From NCBI GenBank assembly GCA_964035545.1, contig CAXIUT010000150.1, positions 1 through 11,250 on the forward strand: DNA of 11,250 bases. Direction: 5' to 3'. This stretch comes from Bugula neritina (taxonomy: Eukaryota; Animalia; Bryozoa). The notes under the pieces are model-generated. The model was not told the DNA's origin. It saw nothing but the letters and a program-made list of their open reading frames with translations, and made no database searches. Positions 1 to 9,301 of the stretch are shown here, piece after piece. The translations under genes and the position numbers were made by a program. Position 1 is the stretch's first letter. Every line of letters begins with the position of its first letter.

Positions 1-120
1 CCCAACCCCACCAACCCCAACCCCAACCCCAACCCCAACCCCAACCCCAACCCCAACCCCAACCCCAACCCCAACCCCAACCCCAACCCCAACCCCAACC
101 CCAACCCCAACCCCAACCCC
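1..120 (+). repeat. Left telomere, (CCCCAA)n, ~20 units
   Basis: Tandem C4A2 from the window start, with one irregular unit near 6-14. This is the Tetrahymena-type ciliate telomere repeat, in the orientation expected for a left chromosome end. Confidence 0.98.
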
Positions 121-189
121 GGTTTCATGTTATGCTATCATCAATCAAAATAAGTATTAATTAATATGTAAGTGATAAATAATAAATAA

Positions 190-1422
190 TCAAGTTTATT
201 ATTCTTTGTTTTTTATATTTTTATGATATTAAGTATCTTTGAACCATTGATCGCATTTATTTAAAGCAAATTATTTTTAGTTTCTTACTAGTAATATATT
301 AAATTTATTTGTCAAATAAAAACTACTTATTTAACTTATCTACTCAATCTTCATTTTTTTCCATGAATCTACTCGAAAATAACTATCAAAATGTAGAATC
401 TATATTGATGGAGTCTCATTGTTTCTTGAATAAAGTAGTAAATTTTCATCAGGAAAAAATTATACATGAGATATCTCTTAAGGATTAATAATATTACAGT
501 TAAAAGCAATATGCTAGCTCTATGTTCCAAAAATATATCCAACTATTCTGAGTTAACCATCTTTGGTTATCAAAATAACAAGATGTCCATAAAAAGAACA
601 CCATAGGAGTCCTTATAGTCCAACTGAATGATCACAACAAAAAGGGAAGGCATTAAATTATCTCTTTTTGTTCTTATTTTTGCTTTTGATGTGATCGAAG
701 ATATCGCTTAACTTCCAGAAGATAATATATCCTCCTTGGGTGCATTGTAAAATATGAGTACTTTACTCATTGATTGATATCGAAAGGGCAGGATCTGCCA
801 TATTTATGATAGGTTTAAGACAGTATATTATTTATTCTTGTTGGAGATCGACAAAATATATCAGTGAGTCTGATGTTAAAACGACACAGATATTTCTGTT
901 GCCAAAAGCTTAGTGCTATGTTTCGAGAATCATGGTGACTGATTTGACATCTAGTTTTACTTGTGAAAATGAATATGGATTTTAAAGAGATACTATTTTC
1001 AGGCAGCCATCGTCAGTGCCAACTAGCAGTTTGAAGTGAGCTTATATATTTAATTTTGAGATAGATTATAGAGGAACACACAGAAATAAGAACAGTTTTA
1101 GGCAAGTAACAGTGCTGCTAAACTCTTTGATTGTTATTTTTTACTGTGAGCCATCTGATTTTCTAATTGTGTAGAGAATCAATTTGCTGGTGTTGAGTTA
1201 ATTTTTAGCAAAGATGTAGAGATAGCGACTATTGAACTAACATCCTTCCATGCAGTGAGATTACTCATTTATTTTATGACATTTGAATGTGCTATGTTAT
1301 TTATTTGGATTAAAGGGAGGTTCAGGTCTAAAAGGTTGTTTTGATATGTTTTCTTTGAGGGATTAGATGTCTTTGAAAGTGATGAATGTTTCTAGGTTTG
1401 GTTTGGCGGGTTCTGCTTCCAT
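190..1422 (-). CDS. WD40/beta-propeller protein, 410 aa, resembling a divergent EED/ESC (PRC2 subunit)
   Basis: Intronless ORF from ATG(1422) to TGA(190-192) under TAR=Glu, MEAEPAKPNL...KEEET*. WD40-like blades: KLLVGTDDGCLKIVSL, NICVVLTSDSLIYFVDLQ, ALSISINEESTHILQCTQGGYIIFWKL, WCSFYGHLVILITKDGELRIV. The ORF is secure; the EED assignment is by-eye similarity only (~0.45). Confidence 0.8.
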
Positions 1423-1497
1423 ATCTTATATCTATACAATTATTATTGATATTTGTTAGTCTTTAGTTAAAATATTAAAAATATAGTATCATAGTAT

Positions 1498-2360
1498 TCA
1501 ATTATAGTTCTTTATTATTCTGTCCAGTGACCCGATGATCTCCTTTGACTGTTTTATATATCTCTCTATGTTGATATAAAAATACTTTTGGCTTCTTCTA
1601 GACCAGATAGATCAACTGAAAGACTTTTATCGCTGTAATGCATATCGATTTAGTCGAAGTGATTTTGGTGAATAATCAGGTCTTCTTTGAATTTTTAATC
1701 GCTCTAATTATTCTAATACTAAATATTTTGATATTCTAAGTGATTTTAGTGGTATTAAGGCTCATTGAAGAGGATAGGATTCGGTAAGTTTGGAGGTTAA
1801 AAATATGGTTATCTTTCTGAATTGGCATGTTTAAAGGGTTATATTTTGTATTAAATAATTTTTTAGTAAGGTCGATAGGTTGTTTCTTTTTATTTTCTTA
1901 TATTTTGCTTTCTAATCTCATTATAAGGTCTGTTTTATCTTTCATACTAATATTTATTTTAAACCATTTTTTTATCAGCTGATTTAACTCGAAAAGTATT
2001 TAATCTTTTTTCCTAATCTTCACAATAGCATTTTTTATATCTTTATTTTTCTTTTTACTGATATCCACATTTATATTTCCTTTATTCATAATTTTCTATT
2101 TTTCTATATTAATTTCTCTTATTTTTTTAATTCAAATATTTTTCTGCTCTATCTCTATACTTACTCGGTGATACTAGATAGTTTAGGTTATTTTGGTGAG
2201 TATCAAGATATACTTTTTGTTTGATATCATCAAGAAATTAATTTTTTTTGGTTCGTCTAAGGATATTATATCCTTATTTTTGTACTGATTCTATTTGATT
2301 GTGTCTTTATAATCTTTTTCCTCGATATAAATTGATTTCAGGTATTTTTATAGAACTCAT
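1498..2360 (-). CDS. Hypothetical charged (K/E/R/N-rich) protein, 280 aa, one 20-nt intron (1566-1585)
   Basis: Open from ATG(2360), MSSIKIPEINLYRG. Removing GTATTTTTATATCAACATAG gives ...EEAKKRYIKQSKEIIGSLDRIIKNYN-TGA(1498-1500). Without splicing the frame runs on into the next gene. No recognisable domain. Confidence 0.8.
1566..1585 (-). other. Spliceosomal intron, 20 nt
   Basis: GTATTTTTATATCAACATAG; removal gives a TGA before the downstream gene. Confidence 0.8.
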
Positions 2361-2387
2361 TTATTATAATTTTTGTTAATAAAATAT
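2361..2387. promoter_or_regulatory. 27-bp spacer between divergent start codons (putative bidirectional promoter/5' UTRs)
   Basis: TTATTATAATTTTTGTTAATAAAATAT (26/27 A+T) lies between the minus-strand ATG at 2360 and the plus-strand ATG at 2388. Confidence 0.55.
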
Positions 2388-4006
2388 ATGAGTGAAGACG
2401 AAGGTTCTAAGATAGTTAAGAATTAATCAGGTCATAATGATTTTATTAAAGAAACTTAATTTAAATAAAATTCTGTTAAAGATGAATCTATCATAGTAAA
2501 TGATCTTTGTCTCAACTCAAAATAACAAAAATAAAATATCTTTACATTCCTTAATAACTATCATCTTCTAGAGGAAACCTTTGCTATCAATCAACTCAAG
2601 TAATCTAATTTACTAAAAATAAAATTTTATAAAGAATCTACATACTATGGATAGTTGTATAATAATAAAAAACATGGATTAGGCATCATGGTTTATAAAA
2701 ATGGTAGAATTTATTAAGGAACATGGTTCAATGATCAGAAAAAAGGGTATGGAACTTAGAAGTTTGCAAATAATTGTATCTATAAAGGAAATTATCTCTA
2801 TGGAAAACCAAGTGGAACTGGTACGTATATTTGGGCTAATGAATAAAGATATGACGGGCAGTGGGTGAATGGGTTGAAACATGGTTCTGGGATGTGGAGA
2901 GGATATCAGGGAGATTCTTATAAAGGATAATGGACTAATGGCAAACCAGATGGATATGGAGTTCATACTTGGCCTAACGGAGATACATATTAAGGATAGT
3001 TTAAATAGTGTTTAAAACATGGAGAGGGACTGTAAAAGTTTGCTAATGGAGATATTTATAAAGGAAATTACATAAATGGTAAGCCTTCAGGTTATGGATA
3101 GTATTATTGGTTAAATGGTAGTTTTTTCAAAGGAAATTTTATTAATGGTCTTCGTGATGGCCATGGAATTTGGAAAAAGCATACAGGTAGTAGCGATAGA
3201 TACGAGGGTAGTTATAAAAATGATAAGAAATGGGGATATGGAGTTTATTCATGGTTAAGCGGAAATATATATAAAGGTAATTATGAAGGAGATATAAGAA
3301 ATGGGTATGGCGAGATGTACTGGACAAATGGAGGATATTATAAAGGAAAATGGTTTAATGGGATTCAACATGGATAGGGTATTTTTTGGATTATTTAGGA
3401 TAGATTTATCTGCCTTAAGAGGGATTTAAAAAAGGAATCTTTCATAATAATGTTATCGTTTAAGTTAGAGAGGAGAGATTGGTTTAGAAAGTGAAAAGTA
3501 ATATCAGAATAAAAACTGATAATTATATTAGAAGAAATAATAAAAAAAGTTTACTTCGGAATAAACATAATCATCGACCGAAGGGGAATAGTTAGGTTGA
3601 ATTTGTAAGGAAAAAAACATTAAAGAAAGAAAGGAGAGTTATAAGTGAGGATCTACCTTTGGTCAAAATATTATAAAATCAAAGATATACCCAACAAAAT
3701 CCAAAAATAGTTCATAATAATAATCAAGGAAGGCACTTTTTCAGTTCAAAAAACACTAATCTTCAAACTCGTCAAAGAATATATACTTAAATCAGCAGTG
3801 ATAGTCAAAATAATAAGCATAACATGACGACTATCAGCAATAATAGTAGTTCTAAATAAAGATTGCTTCATTCTTCTTTTTATCTCTATAAATTGAATGC
3901 TAGGCATAATGCTTAAACAGCTAAGAATATTAAAAGAAAAGAAGGAGAAGTTTAAGGAAGGGCTTCTGTGCTTTTTATGGGCAAGTTATTTCCATAAAAT
4001 AAATGA
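2388..4006 (+). CDS. MORN-repeat protein, 532 aa (~11 MORN repeats at ~2638-3420 plus a basic low-complexity tail), one 20-nt intron (3379-3398)
   Basis: Repeats of ~23 aa matching YxGxWxxGxxHGxG, e.g. RIYEGTWFNDQKKGYG, RYDGQWVNGLKHGSG, DTYEGEFKECLKHGEG, DRYEGSYKNDKKWGYG. ATG at 2388, TGA at 4004-4006. Confidence 0.95.
3379..3398 (+). other. Spliceosomal intron, 20 nt
   Basis: GTATTTTTTGGATTATTTAG; removal completes the MORN motif QHGEG-EIY and opens the 3' exon. Confidence 0.9.
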
Positions 4007-4065
4007 AAATAGCTTTTAAGAATGATAATTATTTGGTAGATAGTGATTATATATGTAAATAAATA

Positions 4066-4812
4066 TCAAATCCAGGATTCGACATAATTGATTTATTGAT
4101 CATTTTTGAAATATTGGCTAATGTTGAATTCGGAAGAAGACTTTGCTAGTTTTTATGATTTAATTTCTTCTACAGCCTCATTTTGATGATTTTGTTGAAT
4201 ATTTACATGGTTACTGCCTTCTTTTTATTTGGACCAGGCAATTCTGAGCATTTTTCCTAGTTCTCTGATGAGTCCTTCTCGATCTTAAAAATCAATGATG
4301 TTGATAAACTTGGCAATACTGCTATTATCTAATCTCTTTTTAGAGTTACAAGCAGATAAAATTTCTTTTATTTTTATTTTTATGTGGTCTTCAAAGATGA
4401 CTTCTGTGAGTGATTCTGTTGAAGTTTAAGGATAGTATTTATTGATGAGTTTTAATTTATTGACTATGGTTACAACTTATGAAAAGACATAAGGTCCAAA
4501 TCTTTTGAGATATTGGATGTATTCTGATCTTATTTTAGCACGATTGAAGTATGAACTTTTGTATTAAAGAGCTGCTTCTTATTTTAAAAATTATAGAAGC
4601 ATTAGTCTGTGATTTCTGTCTCCAAGGCAGGTAAGTTTGCTTTTATTATTTAGTTTTTTAGAAAGAATCTTCCATTGATCAACAAGTTCAAGAGTGAGAT
4701 CTAGACCAAGTTAGTTCAAAGATTCTTTAACTAAAGAATCAACATTTCTCCTGCAGGAGTCAGTTTCACATGGGAACAACTATTTAAGTTGTTCCAGATT
4801 GATAGAAGTCAT
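4066..4812 (-). CDS. Hypothetical, probably alpha-helical protein, 248 aa, intronless
   Basis: MTSINLEQLKELFPCETDSCRRNVDSLVKESLNELGLDL...INYVESWI-TGA(4066-4068). An in-frame TGA at 4843-4845 bounds it upstream. It is convergent with the MORN gene, 59 bp away. Confidence 0.8.
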
Positions 4813-5198
4813 TGCTTAATAGTTGTTTTAATATATTTATAGTCAAAAAGTATGACATAAAGATTAATATATGAAGTTTTAGCTTTTGAAAAGACTACTT
4901 TTAAGAGTGCTGATTGTCTTAAATTGATTTAGTTATAAAAGAGAAGCAATCATATTTTGAAAGATTTGCGAAGAAGAGTCTCGTAGTTTACAAATTGATT
5001 TTCTGATGAATACTGGTATAATTGAAAATAGCAATAAAACCCTTTCTCGGAAATTCTGTTTGATAAATATCATCAAAAAGGAATAAAAACTTTTCAAAAA
5101 CAATATCATGACTTTTATTTATCGAAACTATGATTAAAACCATCTTTATTCATTTAAAAATTATTCAATAAAACTTATTGATTTTTTTGTCAAAAAAA

Positions 5199-5274
5199 GG
5201 GGTTGGGGTTGGGGTTGGGGTTGGGGTTGGGGTTGGGGTTGGGGGTTGGGGTTGGGGTTGGGGTTGGGGTTGGG
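5199..5274 (+). repeat. Internal (GGGGTT)n tract, the right telomere of minichromosome 1
   Basis: ~12.5 units with one G5 variant. Ends ...TTGGG and runs directly into unique sequence with no C4A2 tract following. Confidence 0.97.
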
Positions 5275-5768
5275 TCAGAATTTTATTTTAAAAATAAAGT
5301 GTGAGATATCAATATTTTATCTTATTTTTCGGATTGCATTAGTCTCAAAATAACTGAAGACATGATCTATAAGAGGTTGTGATTTCTTTAATGATAGTGC
5401 GCGTTTTAAAATAATGTTATAGTGAATTATTATCAGATTATTAAAATTATTAAAGGGTTTAGATAAGTTTTTAAACTAATTATGAATGAGAAAAAACAGA
5501 AATAAATGTAAAAATCTTCATAATACGATAGAATAGTTATTCTTATTTTGATAATAAATATTACACTTCAAAATTGTTCTTAAAACGAATCGAGTCTTAT
5601 TGGAATTGTAGCAGAAGAAATAGAATGTTGCTGAAAGTTATTTGATAGATTATTAATATATTTTGTTTAAAAGAATTTAAAGTTAAGATTTGAAACTCTT
5701 CAAAATGTAAATATAAAGCAAATAATAATCAATAAAGCAAATCAAAAAGTATCAAATAAAATATGATA

Positions 5769-6445
5769 TCAATTGGTAAGGTTTCTAAGCTATCTTTTGG
5801 GCTTTATTTTAATGCATTTTTAATTCCAGTTTATTACCATTCTTGAAAGGAGGTGTTCTTTTTTTTCTTATAGATTTATTTTATTTAATTCGAGAGGAGG
5901 ACACTTAGCAGTGTCTATCAACGAAATATGATAGTTTTTGTTACTGTGATGACTTTTTTTACTTCTATTTTTTTGTTTTTATTGTCTATGAGAATGTTAT
6001 CTTTTTATTTTCTTTGATAATTTTTCAGGCTTTTCAATAAGTTTTCGGTGATTAAGATGTTTATGAACAGTTATGTTACTTGATTCTGATGATTTCGAAT
6101 TCATCAGAGGTATTTTTGGTTTGTTTAAGATTCTTTCTCTTCTTTTTGAATTACTTATAACTTTTTTTTCTTATTCTTTGAGTTATTAATGTTAAATAGT
6201 CGAAATAACTGGTTATTTATTATCAGAAAACTTGTTTTCTTAGGGAATTTATTGTTTTGAGACCTTTTATTAAGTAATAATTGAATTTTAAAACTTTAGA
6301 AGGCTTGTTCTTAATGCTTTTGATATTTCTAAATAGATAAAGATAAACCTGTTATAATAGGATTTGTATTATGCTGTGACTTTGAAATGTCGACTAGTAA
6401 GAATTGAGAATCAGAGATGTAGTATGGCTGAAAGTAGGAAATCAT
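5769..6445 (-). CDS. Hypothetical K/E/S-rich protein, 218 aa, one 20-nt intron (6329-6348)
   Basis: MISYFQPYYISDSQFLLVDISK...^EISKALRTSLLKF...HLLSRMVINWNEKCIKIKPKRELRNLTN-TGA(5769-5771). The exon 2 frame is closed upstream by a TGA unless the intron is removed. Confidence 0.78.
6329..6348 (-). other. Spliceosomal intron, 20 nt
   Basis: GTTTATCTTTATCTATTTAG; joins the ATG-containing exon to the long downstream frame. Confidence 0.82.
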
Positions 6446-7290
6446 GTTCTTTTACTTTAAATTATTATAAAGTTGATAAATTAAAAACTGGTAATAAACT
6501 AATAAATATGGAAATACCTTTATGTTCATGATTAAATTGTTGATTCTTTCTACAAAGGAATAAACAATACTCAATCAAAGTTTATTTTTTACAAGATGCT
6601 TCATATTATTGATAAACAGGTTTTGTTATATTCTTTGTATTTTTTTTAAAAAAAAGCTAATAAGGTTGAATTAAAATTAAACATTGATATACTACATTGA
6701 AGTTCATTGAAAAATAACTATTTTTCATTGATTTTAAAAAAGTTTTTATATGAATTCTTAAAGTTAAATTAAAAACGAATTAACAATCAAATATAGAAAT
6801 TAATATTAATATTCTTGTTTCTTGTGACTTTTTTGAAATATATTATACCAAATCAAACTTATTTTAAAAAAAACGTGAAGATTATGATAATTATTGAAAG
6901 TAATATATCAAAACACAAATGAAATTCTTTAAATCAACATATAAACTGATAAAATTTTAAAATAAAGAAGATAAATAACATAATATCTTGTTCATTAGGG
7001 TTTGAATAAATGATATTTGAAGAAATGATTTTTTTTTTTGAAAGTTTAAAAAGTTCCACAAAATATTACTAAAATCCAAATATATCATGCACTTTAAAGC
7101 AAAATATAAGTTTGTACTCATTATAAAGAACAAATATTTCAATTGACAATTCGAAAATTATTGTTTTAGATCTAGTGATCATGTCATCATTATTTTTAAT
7201 AATTTTAAAATGATATTAATAAACTATGGCCCAGAGTCTTACTGATTTTATAATTTTTAAAAGTTAAATTATATATTAGAAAATTGAATA

Positions 7291-8036
7291 TCAACAGCAA
7301 TTTGTTTTTTATTTATGATTTATTTTATTGGCTCCCAGTTTAACTTTGGTATCTTTTTGATCTTTCTTGTTCTTTTAACCTTCATCGTCACCTTTTTCTT
7401 CATTTAAATCTTCCTAAATTATCTATTTTTCATGCTTTATGAATGATTTATTCTGCCTTAATGAAAAATTAGCTCCATCAAGGGACTTCTACTTACAAAT
7501 CTCAACTACATTATTGAATAACTCCTATAAATTTTATCCTGTCTTGGCACTTACCTCAAAATATATAACTCCTAACTTTTTAGCCTTTTCTTTTCCTTCT
7601 TACTATGTTATTTCTCTCGCATCATCTAAATCAATTTTATTCCCAATCAGTAAAGTAAATCCTTATCCAGTTTTATTTTAGTTATACATGTGAAGCCAGC
7701 TTTCTGCACAGCTTAGAGATGCTCTGCTGGTGACATCGTAGACAATCAATGCGCAATGAGCATCTTTAAGATATCCTGGAATAAGTGCTTTGAATCTTTA
7801 TTGACCAGCTGTATCCCAGAGTTGCAGTCTGTAATTTTTAGATTTATATGCGATATTTTTGGCCAGGAAATCGATGCCAACAGTAGCCTGACTATTGATT
7901 GAGGTACATGAGATGTTTACTCAAAGGTATCATTCACATATTTTTCAATGATGCTTGATTTGCCAACATTTTGATTGCCAAGAAGGACTATCTTGATACG
8001 TGTTTTAGCTGTTGCTGTACTGTAAGAATTATTCAT
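7291..8036 (-). CDS. Rab-family small GTPase, Rab6-like, 241 aa, one 20-nt intron (7888-7907)
   Basis: G1 GNQNVGKS, effector region [11 protein letters not shown]3 [24 protein letters not shown] (Rab6 has [24 protein letters not shown]), G4 GNKID, G5 EVSAK, and a C-terminal CC prenylation motif immediately before TGA(7291-7293). Confidence 0.95.
7888..7907 (-). other. Spliceosomal intron, 20 nt
   Basis: GTACCTCAATCAATAGTCAG; removal is required to join G1 to the effector/G3 motifs in frame. Confidence 0.95.
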
Positions 8037-8234
8037 TTTTTATCAATTGATATAAACTTTCAGAAATCAAAATCAATAATAATATTGAAAAAAACTTAAA
8101 ACTAAAGGAATAATATATTTTTATTTGAATGTTCTTTATTTCAATATCTAATGATAATATAATTTTCTATAAAATCTTTTTTTTTTGATATTCGAATCGA
8201 TTAGTATAATATTCTAAAATCTAATCATAGAATA

Positions 8235-9181
8235 ATGACTGAAGAAGTCTAAATGGTTAAATATATCAATTTGGCACGTCAGCTTCCATCATACTATGTG
8301 AATCTTATCGACAGACAACTACAAACCTTTGTTAATGATAAAGAAATACCTATCAATTAAGACATGATATACTAAACTAATGAAGGAGTTAAAGCTTGGA
8401 AAGAGGCTAAACATTTTATGCAAAAACAAGCTACATTACCTGCTTTCTAAATGCATTAAGGATTGAATACTTCAGCTAGAAATCATGTGACAGATCTTGC
8501 GAAGAATAATCTTTTTGGGCATATTGGCACTGACAAATCTTCATTTAGTGATAGAATTTTGAAAGTATGTAAAAAAGGACAAGGAGCCATGGCTTAAATC
8601 ATTGGAGCTGATTTCTATTTGGATAAAAGAAACTATGCAGAAATGACTATCCTAGGATTAATCATTGATGATGGAGTGGAAGATAGGGGACACAGAAAAA
8701 CATTGTTTAATCCTCTGTATAGATATATAGGTTGTCAATCTGCAGTTCAAAATGATAAAATTATCACTGTTTTTAATTTGACAGAAAATAAACTTCAAAT
8801 CAGAGGTGCTCATTCGAATTTAAATTAGGGATCGCAGGCGAGTAGTTCTCCTTCTGGTTGTTTTAATCAGGCTAAAAGTGCCTATAAACCAGAAAAAGAT
8901 ATGGTTAGGACTGATATTTCAAAAAATGTGAAAAATCAATATAATAGAGAGCCTAAGAATAATGGAATATTTAGTGAGTTATAGAGCAATATTCCTTCAA
9001 AGGGTTCAGTTTTGAATCCTGGTCAGATGAGTGAGCGCAAGGGTAAGAAGATAAGTGAGAAGAAGGAGAATATCAAGGTGTATCATGATGAGGGGTCTAA
9101 GATGACTGAGAGTATACTCAGATATATTATTCTGATGGTACTATGTAGTAGAACATCTAGAAGCATACAATCTATTCTTGA
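8235..9181 (+). CDS. CAP/SCP-domain protein (bacterial YkwD-like type common in ciliates); the 3' end needs a frame change near 9102-9127
   Basis: INLARQ, TNEGVKAWKEA, LNTSARNHVTDL, GHIGTD, AMAEII, LIIDDGVEDRGHRKTLFNPLYRYIG. The main frame has no TGA before the telomere. The +2 frame reads YYSDGTMEENIEKHTIYS followed by TGA TGA TGA (9179-9187). The end coordinate is inferred. Confidence 0.88.
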
Positions 9182-9227
9182 TGATGATCATAATTTCTAA
9201 AGATTTATTTTTTTAATTATAAATTAT

Positions 9228-9301
9228 GGGGTTGGGGTGGGGTTGGGGTTGGGGTTGGGGTTGGGGTTGGGGTTGGGGTTGGGGTTGGGGTTGGGGTTGG
9301 G
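9228..9301 (+). repeat. Internal (GGGGTT)n tract, the right telomere of segment 2
   Basis: ~12 units with one GGGGT variant. Ends ...TTGGG and runs directly into kinase coding sequence. Confidence 0.97.

Noticed and set aside
2679-3327. Provided minus-strand ORFs 2679-2966 and 3142-3327
   Set aside because: They are antisense shadows of the MORN gene, which is the real + strand CDS under TAR=Glu.
4852-5181. TGA read as Trp or context-dependent stop (a frame that looks protein-like across several TGAs)
   Set aside because: No homology supports it. In the eight supported genes Trp is always TGG and there is no internal TGA in the spliced frames.
5275-5768. Short TGA-free frames on both strands at the start of segment 2
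   Set aside because: With one stop codon, 60-90-codon frames arise by chance. They have no motifs. The 20-nt GT-AG at 5403-5422 lacks the invariant A15.
6085-6108. Isolated inverted repeats in coding DNA (TCTGATGA...TCATCAGA; also ATGAGTA-CTT-TACTCAT at 754-770)
   Set aside because: Single 7-8-bp arms are expected by chance in 11 kb of AT-rich sequence.
6957-7142. Provided 61-aa minus-strand ORF
   Set aside because: Low-complexity F/L/K/I sequence from AT-rich DNA. It has a TTG start and ends on TAA, which is not a stop in this code.
7439-7681. Provided + strand 80-aa ORF
   Set aside because: It is antisense to the Rab GTPase.
8619-9200. ORFs 8619-8828 and 9012-9200 as separate genes
   Set aside because: Both are in-frame pieces of the single CAP gene, split only by treating TAG/TAA as stops.
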